This document shows, piece after piece, positions 1-7,274 of a DNA stretch of 32,000 nt. Origin of the DNA: Massilicoli timonensis (lineage in GTDB: Bacteria > Bacillota_I > Bacilli_A > Erysipelotrichales > Erysipelotrichaceae); assembly GCF_900199515.1 (NCBI RefSeq), contig NZ_LT963434.1, forward strand, positions 2,042,180 through 2,074,179. The letters are read 5' to 3'. The notes under the pieces are model-generated. The model had not been told where the DNA came from and made no database searches. It saw nothing but the letters and a program-made list of their open reading frames with translations. A program made the position numbers and the translations under genes. Numbering within the stretch: position 1 is the stretch's first letter; each line of letters opens with the position of its first letter.

Positions 1-476
1 TCCACTGCCGTTACGCTCAAAGTGTAAGTGCCTTCCTTTAACGATTCCTCTTCTAAGGAATAAGATACTTCAACCGCACTTTTGTCGATCACTTCGACGA
101 TTTCATCAAAAGAACGCATGCTTCCTAAAAGGAATGTATGAGAAATAAACTGAATCCGCGGTTTTACATCATCAACCAGCTCGATGACGATTTCGTAATC
201 TTTGCCTAAAAAAGAAACCGTGACACGATGTTCGCCGATTTTTGAGAACTGAAACAGCGATTCCTCAAATTCCGTATTTTCTTCTTCCGCCTGTCCTTCA
301 AAATAATAAGCGCTGGAAGTCGGGATTTCTTCTTTATAACTGATCGTAAATATCTGCTGTTTCAATGCGACATGCGCTCTACAATACTGATATATGCCAA
401 GGCATACGATCATTACGACGATCAAAGAAGCGGATGCAAGTAAAACATGTGAAGCAGACAGCCGATATTTCTTCAT
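1..476 (-). CDS. membrane-anchored hypothetical protein, N-terminal part (gene continues past left edge)
   Basis: Absent from the ORF track because it is open at the window edge. My own minus-strand translation from ATG at 476 gives MKKYRLSASHVLLASASLIVVMIVCLGIYQY... and stays open to position 1. GGAGGGG SD lies 4 nt upstream (complement of 481-487). N-terminal hydrophobic anchor. Confidence 0.7.
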   Translation of the reverse strand, partial: MKKYRLSASHVLLASASLIVVMIVCLGIYQYCRAHVALKQQIFTISYKEEIPTSSAYYFEGQAEEENTEFEESLFQFSKIGEHRVTVSFLGKDYEIVIELVDDVKPRIQFISHTFLLGSMRSFDEIVEVIDKSAVEVSYSLEEESLKEGTYTLSVTAV

Positions 477-563
477 AAAACCCCTCCATTATGTCATATT
501 TTATCATAAAATCAAGGTTTGTATCAAACAATGCAGGCAGGCATACAATAGATTGGTGATGTG

Positions 564-1649
564 ATGAAGACAATTAGTTTATGCATGATCGTGAAAGATG
601 AAGAAGCAGTGCTGAGCCGTGCGCTTGACAGTATAAAAGATGTTGTAGATGAAATGATTATCGTCGATACAGGATCAAAAGATCAGACCAAGGCGATCGC
701 TTCCCGCTATACGCCGCATGTATATGATTTTATCTGGTGCAGCGATTTTGCCAAAGCGCGCAACTATGCGTTTTCAAAAGGGACGATGGATTATTTGATG
801 TGGCTGGATGCCGATGATGTGCTGAAAGAAGCAGATCGACAGGAACTGCTTGCCCTCAAAGAAACATTAAATGATGATGTGGATATGGTGATGATGCCAT
901 ATGTCGCCGCAGTACATGAAGATGGCTCGGTTGCTTTTTCTTATGAGCGGGAGCGCTTGTTTCGCAGAGATCGCCATGATCAATGGCAGGGAGCGGTACA
1001 TGAAGTGATCGTGCCTGCCGGTAAGATCTTGCACAGTCGTGTGCATATTTGGCATCAAAGCATTAAAAAAACAAAGACCAGACGAAATTTGGATATTTAC
1101 GAAGCAATCAGAAAGACTCGTTCCCTAGATGCCAGAGAACAGTTTTACTATGCCCGGGAATTACAAGAATGCGGGGAATCAAGGGCTGCTGTACAGGCGT
1201 TCATCACTTTTTTACAGCGTGGTGACGGCTGGGCGGAAAACTGTATTGATGCGTGCAGGCATTTGGCTTATTTAGAACCGGAAGAGGCATTAAACTGGCT
1301 ATTCCACAGTTTTATCTATGGGAAACCGCATGCTGAGGTCTTATGTGAGATCGGCAGTTGTCTGTTTCAAATGCGCCGTTATCAGGAAGCGATCTATTGG
1401 TATCGGCAGGCACTGCATGCCAAAAGAGTGAAGGGCGCATTTATTGTGGAAGATGCGTACGGCTTTTTGCCATCACTTGGCTTATGTGTTTGTTATGATC
1501 AGCTGCATCAGCAGAAAAGAGCGTATCATTGGCATTTGCGAAGCAAACACTATCATCCTGAACACCCCTCAGTTCTGCATAATGAAGCTTATTTTCAACA
1601 GATCTTAGGCAGTTTGCATGCGAAACAGGGAAAAACTATGATAAAATAG
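564..1649 (+). CDS. family-2 glycosyltransferase with C-terminal TPR-like helical repeats
   Basis: N-terminus LCMIVKDEE...IIVDTGSKDQT...DFAKARN...LDADD is the GT-A/GT2 DxD fold. The C-terminal half is helical-repeat-like. ATG at 564 follows GGTGA. Confidence 0.8.
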   Translation: MKTISLCMIVKDEEAVLSRALDSIKDVVDEMIIVDTGSKDQTKAIASRYTPHVYDFIWCSDFAKARNYAFSKGTMDYLMWLDADDVLKEADRQELLALKETLNDDVDMVMMPYVAAVHEDGSVAFSYERERLFRRDRHDQWQGAVHEVIVPAGKILHSRVHIWHQSIKKTKTRRNLDIYEAIRKTRSLDAREQFYYARELQECGESRAAVQAFITFLQRGDGWAENCIDACRHLAYLEPEEALNWLFHSFIYGKPHAEVLCEIGSCLFQMRRYQEAIYWYRQALHAKRVKGAFIVEDAYGFLPSLGLCVCYDQLHQQKRAYHWHLRSKHYHPEHPSVLHNEAYFQQILGSLHAKQGKTMIK

Positions 1650-1673
1650 CGGCAATCAATGGGAGGCAAGAAG

Positions 1674-2231
1674 ATGCAGGAACAAGTATTGTATTACAGC
1701 GGTGCATTGGATCAAAAAACGAGTGAAGCGATCCTTGCGGCGCTTGAAGCATGTCAGATTGCTTATACGGTTTTAGAAGACAGCGATCTGGATCAGTCGA
1801 TTCAGTCATTATTGAACACTAAGAAGCAAGCGGTCATCGTTAATCGGCGGCATCAGGAAGCCTGCATGCTGTTTCGCGAGGGAAAAGAGCAGACTTTTGT
1901 AAAACTGCGCCGTGCCTTTGCACAAAGGCAGATCATCTATTCTGGATCAAAGGCAGTTGTAACAAAGCATAACCGTACATGGTCTTTTATCAAACTGTTA
2001 GAAGAGGTCGAAGAAGAGCATCGCTATTTTCAACTTTATGAAGTAATCTTAAAACAGTTAAAAGAAAGTGAAGCTTTGCGGGAAGAAGCATATGAGCCGC
2101 ATACGTATCATAAGCTTCAGCTCGCACGGCTCCATGTATTTCAAACGCTGCAAAAGCAAAGCGATTATTCCGCTTTGCTTAGCGTACAGGCGGAATTACA
2201 ACAGGCGTTGGCGCAGCTATGTAAAAAATAG
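1674..2231 (+). CDS. hypothetical protein (possibly DUF3783-like)
   Basis: ORF with GGAGG (1661-1665) 8 nt before ATG 1674. The segment AVVTKHNRTWSFIKLLEEVEEEH resembles my recollection of the DUF3783 core. Family call is weak. Confidence 0.55.
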   Translation: MQEQVLYYSGALDQKTSEAILAALEACQIAYTVLEDSDLDQSIQSLLNTKKQAVIVNRRHQEACMLFREGKEQTFVKLRRAFAQRQIIYSGSKAVVTKHNRTWSFIKLLEEVEEEHRYFQLYEVILKQLKESEALREEAYEPHTYHKLQLARLHVFQTLQKQSDYSALLSVQAELQQALAQLCKK

Positions 2232-2240
2232 CGGGAATTG

Positions 2241-2269
2241 TTGTAAGTCTTTTTGAAAGAGGCTATAAT
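2241..2269 (+). promoter_or_regulatory. sigma-A type promoter TTGTAA-17-TATAAT
   Basis: TTGTAA 2241-2246, 17-nt spacer, TATAAT 2264-2269, about 30 nt upstream of the aminopeptidase SD. Confidence 0.55.
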
Positions 2270-2300
2270 GGTAAAATAGAAAGGAAGGAAAGAAGCAATT

Positions 2301-3680
2301 ATGGAAAGAGTGTTAGCATGGAATACATATGATGAAGCGAAAAAACAGGAAGTGTTTGCTTTTAGTGAGGACTATAAGCGCTTTATCTCTGTTTGTAAAA
2401 CAGAACGGGAATGTGTAGCGGAAACGATCCGCATGGCAGAAGCGAAAGGGTATCGCAATTTAGATACGCTTGTGGCATCTAATACGCCGTTAAAGCCGGG
2501 CGATAAAGTATATGCCAACAATATGGGAAAGACGATCGCCTTGTTTGTGATCGGCAGTGAACCGTTGGAAGCGGGCATGAAGATCTTAGGGGCACATGTG
2601 GATTCTCCGCGTCTTGACATCAAACAGAATCCACTGTATGAAGATCATGATCTGGCTTTGCTTGATACACATTACTATGGCGGTGTGAAAAAATACCAGT
2701 GGGTAACGCTGCCGTTAGCGCTGCATGGCGTTGTGGTGTTAAAGGATGGAACTAAGGTAGAAGTTGTCATTGGAGAAAAAGAGGAAGATCCGGTAGTGGG
2801 GGTCAGTGATTTATTGATCCATCTTTCAGCCGATCAGTTGAAGAAAAGCGGCAGTGAAGTAGTAGAAGGTGAAGATCTGAATATCTTGGTCGGTTCTATG
2901 CCTTTAGATAAAGAGGGCAGCGATCAGGTCAAAGCGATGGTTTTGGATATTTTGCGGAAAGAGTATGGCTTTGCGGAAGAAGATTTTTTATCAGCGGAAT
3001 TAGAGGTGGTTCCGGCAGGAAAGGCAAGAGATTATGGCATTGATCGTTCTATGATCATGGGCTATGGACATGATGATCGGGTTTGTGCCTATACTTCGTT
3101 AATGGCGATGCTGGAAGTGGAAACCTGTGATAAGACATGTGTGTGTCTGTTAGTGGATAAAGAGGAAGTCGGCAGCATCGGCGCCACCGGCATGCAGAGC
3201 AAGTTTTTTGAAAACAGTGTTGCGGAAGTGATGAACCTTTGCGGCAATTACAGTGAACTGGGCGTGCGGCGCGCCTTAAAGAATTCTAAGATGCTTTCCA
3301 GTGATGTGAGCGCTGCCTATGATCCTAACTATGCCAGTGTCAATGAAATGAAGAATACGGCATTTTTCGGAAAAGGCATCGTTTTCAATAAATATACCGG
3401 TTCGAGAGGAAAAGGCGGCTGTAATGACGCCAATGCGGAATTTATCGCGGAACTGCGTCAGATCATGGAAAAGGAAGGCGTTGTATTCCAGACAGCTGAG
3501 CTTGGAAAAGTAGACCAGGGCGGCGGTGGAACGATCGCTTACATTCTGGCACAGTACAATATGGAAGTGATCGACTGCGGGGTAGCGGTACAAAATATGC
3601 ACGCGCCTTGGGAAGTTGTTTCCAAAGCTGATGTTTATGAAACGAAACAAGGATATGTGGCATTCTTAAAACATGCGTAA
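2301..3680 (+). CDS. M18-family aminopeptidase
   Basis: 459 aa. GAHVDSPRLDIKQNPL, YGHDDRVC and LVDKEEVGS motifs are typical of M18 aminopeptidases. AAGGAAGG SD. Confidence 0.85.
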   Translation: MERVLAWNTYDEAKKQEVFAFSEDYKRFISVCKTERECVAETIRMAEAKGYRNLDTLVASNTPLKPGDKVYANNMGKTIALFVIGSEPLEAGMKILGAHVDSPRLDIKQNPLYEDHDLALLDTHYYGGVKKYQWVTLPLALHGVVVLKDGTKVEVVIGEKEEDPVVGVSDLLIHLSADQLKKSGSEVVEGEDLNILVGSMPLDKEGSDQVKAMVLDILRKEYGFAEEDFLSAELEVVPAGKARDYGIDRSMIMGYGHDDRVCAYTSLMAMLEVETCDKTCVCLLVDKEEVGSIGATGMQSKFFENSVAEVMNLCGNYSELGVRRALKNSKMLSSDVSAAYDPNYASVNEMKNTAFFGKGIVFNKYTGSRGKGGCNDANAEFIAELRQIMEKEGVVFQTAELGKVDQGGGGTIAYILAQYNMEVIDCGVAVQNMHAPWEVVSKADVYETKQGYVAFLKHA

Positions 3681-3691
3681 GAGGAAAGGCG

Positions 3692-3722
3692 CTGATCGCA
3701 AACGGTCAGGCTTTTTCTTTTT
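3692..3722 (+). terminator. rho-independent terminator
   Basis: 7-bp stem CTGATCG/CGGTCAG (one G-U) with loop CAAA, followed by GCTTTTTCTTTTT. Confidence 0.6.
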
Positions 3723-3822
3723 GTAATCGTGATCTTTAAGCACATGGCACGATCAAAATGCAAGCAGGAGTGATGATAAGCCCGCTATGCGCTGCGCCAA
3801 TAAAATAGGGGGCGATCTTTCT

Positions 3823-3851
3823 TTGTATCGGAAGATAGATTGTGCTACAAT
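3823..3851 (+). promoter_or_regulatory. promoter TTGTAT-17-TACAAT with TGc extended -10
   Basis: TTGTAT 3823-3828, 17-nt spacer, TGcTACAAT 3843-3851. It precedes the SD AGGAAG and ATG 3882. Confidence 0.55.
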
Positions 3852-3881
3852 CATAGTAACAGAAAAAAGGAAGTGGGCAGA

Positions 3882-4820
3882 ATGCGAAAAATCAAAATAC
3901 AGGAAATCGATGGTTTTTTGATCGGGCAGGAACAAAATGAGAAGGCCGGAACCGGATGTACGGCGATCATTTGTGAAAAAGGCGCGGTAGCCGGTGTCGA
4001 TGTGCGCGGCGGTGCACCGGCAACGCGGGAAACGGATTTATTAAATCCATGCAATACAGTGGAACAGATTCACTGTGTGATGTTAAGCGGCGGCAGTGCG
4101 TTTGGCTTAGATGCGGCAAGCGGTGCCATGCGCTATTTAGAAGAAAAAGGCATTGGCTTTGATATGGGAACCGTTAAAGTGCCGATCGTCTGCGGTGCGT
4201 CATTATTTGATCTGCATATCGGAGATCCGCATATCAGACCGAATCAGGAAATGGGTTATGCGGCCTGTACCAAAACAGATCAGCTGTTTCAGGAAGGGAA
4301 TTACGGCGCCGGATGCGGCTGTTCTATCGGCAAAACGCTGGGAGCTGCTCATGCGATGAAAAGCGGGATCGGCGCTTATGCCATGCAGTTTGGTGATGTG
4401 CAGATCGGTGCAGTAGTAGCGGTCAATGCCTGCGGTGATATTTATGACTATGAAAATCATGAAATCATCGGTGCAGCACAAAAGGAAGGTGTTTTCTATC
4501 CGGCTGAACAGTTATTGATGCAGAAGATGGAAATGCCTATGGGCAATACGACGATCGGCTGTGTGATGACCAATGCCAAGCTTACCAAAGCACAGGCGAA
4601 TAAACTAGCCGCAATGGCACATGACGGCTATGCACATGCGATCACCCCGACACATACGATGTCTGATGGAGATACGATCTTTGCAATGGCAAGCGGAACG
4701 GCATCATGTGATTTCAATCTGCTTGGAGCACTTGCGGTAAAATGTGTGGAACAAGCAGTCATAAACGGATTCAAACAGGCGAAAAGCGCCTATGGACTGC
4801 CTGCTTATCAAAAGAAATAA
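3882..4820 (+). CDS. P1/S58 (DmpA-type) Ntn-hydrolase aminopeptidase
   Basis: GTGCTAI, VRGGAPATRETDLL, LSGGSAFGLDAA and GNTTIGCVMTNA (self-cleavage site context) motifs. The real start is probably ATG 3882, not the TTG at 3840 in the track. Confidence 0.8.
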   Translation: MRKIKIQEIDGFLIGQEQNEKAGTGCTAIICEKGAVAGVDVRGGAPATRETDLLNPCNTVEQIHCVMLSGGSAFGLDAASGAMRYLEEKGIGFDMGTVKVPIVCGASLFDLHIGDPHIRPNQEMGYAACTKTDQLFQEGNYGAGCGCSIGKTLGAAHAMKSGIGAYAMQFGDVQIGAVVAVNACGDIYDYENHEIIGAAQKEGVFYPAEQLLMQKMEMPMGNTTIGCVMTNAKLTKAQANKLAAMAHDGYAHAITPTHTMSDGDTIFAMASGTASCDFNLLGALAVKCVEQAVINGFKQAKSAYGLPAYQKK

Positions 4821-4835
4821 AATACAAAATCAGGG

Positions 4836-4870
4836 AAGAACAGCGGATGGGAAGATCGGCTGTTCTTTTT
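4836..4870 (+). terminator. rho-independent terminator
   Basis: 9-bp stem AAGAACAGC/GCTGTTCTT followed by a T-run. Confidence 0.75.
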
Positions 4871-4949
4871 AGGAGAAAATAGCGGAAGAAGGGAATCAAA
4901 ATACCTTTCCGTACAGTCATTGCATACGTGAAATTTAAGAAAATAAAGA

Positions 4950-4978
4950 TTGAAAACAACAATAATGTTTGTTATAAT
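4950..4978 (+). promoter_or_regulatory. promoter TTGAAA-17-TATAAT for tRNA-Arg
   Basis: TTGAAA 4950-4955, 17-nt spacer, TATAAT 4973-4978, 20 nt before the tRNA 5' end. Confidence 0.65.
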
Positions 4979-4998
4979 GGTGTGGCAGTAAAAGAAAG

Positions 4999-5075
4999 GT
5001 CCACGTAGCTCAGTTGGATAGAGCATGCGCCTTCTAAGCGCACGGTCGGGGGTTCGAATCCCTCCGTGGACGCCA
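4999..5075 (+). tRNA. tRNA-Arg (anticodon TCT)
   Basis: Hand-folded cloverleaf: acceptor GTCCACG/CGTGGAC, D arm GCTC..GAGC, anticodon stem TGCGC/GCGCA with loop CTTCTAA, T arm GGGGG-TTCGAAT-CCCTC, encoded CCA. Confidence 0.95.
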
Positions 5076-5086
5076 TTGAGAAAGAA

Positions 5087-5108
5087 AGCCACAGCAGTGG
5101 TTTTTTTT
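5087..5108 (+). terminator. weak terminator after tRNA-Arg
   Basis: Short stem AGCCAC/GTGGTT (one G-U) with loop AGCA, followed by eight T. Confidence 0.45.
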
Positions 5109-5270
5109 ATATCACTTTTTCACTAAGTGAGATCAGAAGCGAAGTGCTTCTATAAATACGGATAAGCTATGTCATGGTTTGTTTCGTTTTATTGCCGATG
5201 CATGCAGACGCAAGCTGCTTCTCTTACATATCACTTTCTCATGTCTTTCATGATCACAGGATAAACAGAT

Positions 5271-5307
5271 CTGATTATTTCTTGGGAAATAATCAGGAAG
5301 TAATCAG
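5271..5307. repeat. three copies of an 11-mer (perfect inverted pair plus adjacent direct copy)
   Basis: CTGATTATTTC (5271-5281), ttgg, GAAATAATCAG (5286-5296), then immediately GAAGTAATCAG (5297-5307, 10/11 identical). Confidence 0.85.
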
Positions 5308-5432
5308 TTGCAGATTGGTAGGAGACGACAAGATCATCTAAATAACAAGCACGCGATGCTATATTGCTTTTTTCAATGCTTTATTGATCTAGTAAAAATA
5401 TTTCTCGTATTCTCTGATTCATCTCTGAAAAA

Positions 5433-5450
5433 TTGATAATGTTTTCACAA
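5433..5450. promoter_or_regulatory. candidate Rex-type operator
   Basis: TTGATAATGTTTTCACAA versus the remembered Firmicute Rex consensus TTGTGAAnnnnTTCACAA gives 12/14 specified positions. It lies 15 nt upstream of the hydrogenase -35. Confidence 0.3.
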
Positions 5451-5465
5451 ATTTTCTAAAATACA

Positions 5466-5495
5466 TTGAAAAAGCATATTGTTTTTCGTTATAAT
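5466..5495 (+). promoter_or_regulatory. promoter TTGAAA-18-TATAAT
   Basis: TTGAAA 5466-5471, TATAAT 5490-5495, followed by GAGGTGA SD (5506-5512) and ATG 5518. Confidence 0.7.
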
Positions 5496-5517
5496 ATAGC
5501 AGGATGAGGTGATATTT

Positions 5518-7038
5518 ATGAGTATGAGAGGAATTTATAATTCAGTAACCGACATCAGAAGAAAAGTGTTTACTGAAATTGCCAGACTGGCATATGAAGG
5601 CGGCGATTATGCAGAGAAGATCGAGCGTTTGCCTTACAAGATCCTGCCGGGTGAAAGAGCGACTTATCGTGATTCCATCTTTTTGGAACGTGCGATCATC
5701 GGGGAACGTCTGCGTTTGGGAATCGGGCTGCCTTTGCGCAAAATGGATGAGCATTCGTTGTTGAGCGACGGTATTGAAGAAAGTGCGATCGCTGAAAAAT
5801 ATTATGACGATCCGCTGATCAATATCATTAAGTTTGCCTGCAACGCCTGCCCTGAAAAACAGGTTGTTGTAACGAGCACTTGTCAAGGCTGCTTAGCACA
5901 TCCATGTAAAGAAGTATGTCCAAAAGATGCCATCAGCATCATTAACGGAAAATCGGTGATCGATCAGGAAAAATGTATCAAATGTGGCAGATGCGTGGAT
6001 GTTTGTCCATATCATGCCATCAATAAATTAGAGCGTCCTTGTGCCGCAAGCTGTGGCATGGATGCAATTCGTTCCGATGAATTCGGACGTGCTGAGATCG
6101 ATTATGATAAGTGTGTTTCCTGCGGTATGTGTCTGGTAAACTGTCCGTTTGGGGCAATCGTTGACAAGGGGCAGATCTTCCAGATCATTCATGCGATGAA
6201 AACCGGAAAAGAAGTGATTGCGGCGATCGCACCGGCATTCGTCGGACAGTTCGGCCCTACGGTAACGCCTGAAAAAGTAAAAGGGGCATTGAAAGAATTA
6301 GGGTTTGCGGATGTTGTGGAAGTTGCGATCGGTGCCGATCTTTGTACGGTGGAAGAAGCCGAGGACTTCTTAAAGAAAGTACCGACAGAGCAGCCGTTCA
6401 TGGCTACCAGCTGCTGTCCGGCTTGGTCGGTAATGGCGAAAAAGCTGTTCCCTGATTTCAAACCGTACATTTCAATGGCAATGACACCGATGGTATTGAC
6501 CGGTCGTCTGATCAAGAAGCAGAAGCCGGATGCAAAAGTCGTATTCATCGGACCTTGCGCCGCTAAGAAGCTGGAAGCCAGCCGTAAGAGCGTGCGCAGC
6601 GATGTTGATTTCGTATTGACATTTGAAGAAGTAATGGGCATGTTTGAAGCCAAAGGCATTTCATTGGAGCAGGCAACGGCTGATGAACCGTTTACAGAAG
6701 GAAGCAGCCATGGACGTGGATTTGCGGTAAGCGGCGGCGTTGCCAATGCGGTAAAACAGTGCATTCAGAAAAAACATCCGGATATGGAAGTATTGATCGA
6801 TTCAGCAGAAGGCTTGAAAAATTGCCGTACGATGCTGATGATGGCTAAGGCCGGAAAACGCAATGGCTATCTGTTGGAAGGAATGGCATGCCCGGGCGGC
6901 TGTGTTGCCGGTGCCGGTACGTTGCAGCCGGTTATGAAATCAACGGCATTGGTTAAGAAGTACACAGCAGATGCGGAAAAGAAAATGGCATTTGAAAGTG
7001 AATATCTTGACAATTTAGAGTTGATCACCAAAGATTAA
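5518..7038 (+). CDS. monomeric [FeFe] hydrogenase, group B-like (N-terminal extension, ferredoxin-like Cys clusters, H-cluster domain)
   Basis: Several CxxCxxCxxxCP clusters. H-cluster signatures are TSCCPAW, GPCAAKKLE and EGMACPGGCVAGAG. The start is likely ATG 5518 rather than GTG 5509. Confidence 0.85.
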   Translation: MSMRGIYNSVTDIRRKVFTEIARLAYEGGDYAEKIERLPYKILPGERATYRDSIFLERAIIGERLRLGIGLPLRKMDEHSLLSDGIEESAIAEKYYDDPLINIIKFACNACPEKQVVVTSTCQGCLAHPCKEVCPKDAISIINGKSVIDQEKCIKCGRCVDVCPYHAINKLERPCAASCGMDAIRSDEFGRAEIDYDKCVSCGMCLVNCPFGAIVDKGQIFQIIHAMKTGKEVIAAIAPAFVGQFGPTVTPEKVKGALKELGFADVVEVAIGADLCTVEEAEDFLKKVPTEQPFMATSCCPAWSVMAKKLFPDFKPYISMAMTPMVLTGRLIKKQKPDAKVVFIGPCAAKKLEASRKSVRSDVDFVLTFEEVMGMFEAKGISLEQATADEPFTEGSSHGRGFAVSGGVANAVKQCIQKKHPDMEVLIDSAEGLKNCRTMLMMAKAGKRNGYLLEGMACPGGCVAGAGTLQPVMKSTALVKKYTADAEKKMAFESEYLDNLELITKD

Positions 7039-7055
7039 AACAGAGATAAAATCAG

Positions 7056-7107
7056 AAACTATGTCGCAGGAAAGGCGTTCGATCCTTTGCTTTGCGGCAT
7101 AGTTTTT
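7056..7107 (+). terminator. rho-independent terminator
   Basis: 13-bp outer stem AAACTATGTCGCA/TGCGGCATAGTTT (one G-U) plus inner AAAGG/CCTTT, followed by a T-run. Confidence 0.8.
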
Positions 7108-7191
7108 ATTAGTATTGTCATAGCAGATACATACGATAAGTGTGTTTGTTTACAAATAAATAGAGATAATCGTTAGCGGTTACAGTAAATG

Positions 7192-7220
7192 TAGATAAAT
7201 ATGGGAAAATATGGTATAGT
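7192..7220 (+). promoter_or_regulatory. promoter TAGATA-17-TATAGT (TGg extended -10)
   Basis: TAGATA 7192-7197, 17-nt spacer, TGgTATAGT 7212-7220, upstream of the strong SD GAAGGAGG 7263-7270. Confidence 0.5.
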
Positions 7221-7274
7221 GTAAACAAGCAAAGATAGCGTCTGTAAAAGGAAACAGACGAGAAGGAGGAAAAG

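Noticed and set aside
564-2231. The GT2-TPR enzyme as a SunS-like S-glycosyltransferase of a glycocin (glycosylated bacteriocin) cluster.
   Set aside because: Some local resemblance to SunS as I remember it (xHE...KTRRNL) is shared by the whole broad GT2-TPR family. No precursor peptide, C39-ABC exporter, thiol-disulfide oxidoreductase or immunity gene is visible in the window.
6189-6764. 191-aa minus-strand ORF inside the hydrogenase gene, and similarly 15588-16061 inside the lipoprotein-flavodoxin region.
   Set aside because: Both are antisense to genes with strong motif support, lack an SD, and have low-complexity or implausible sequence.
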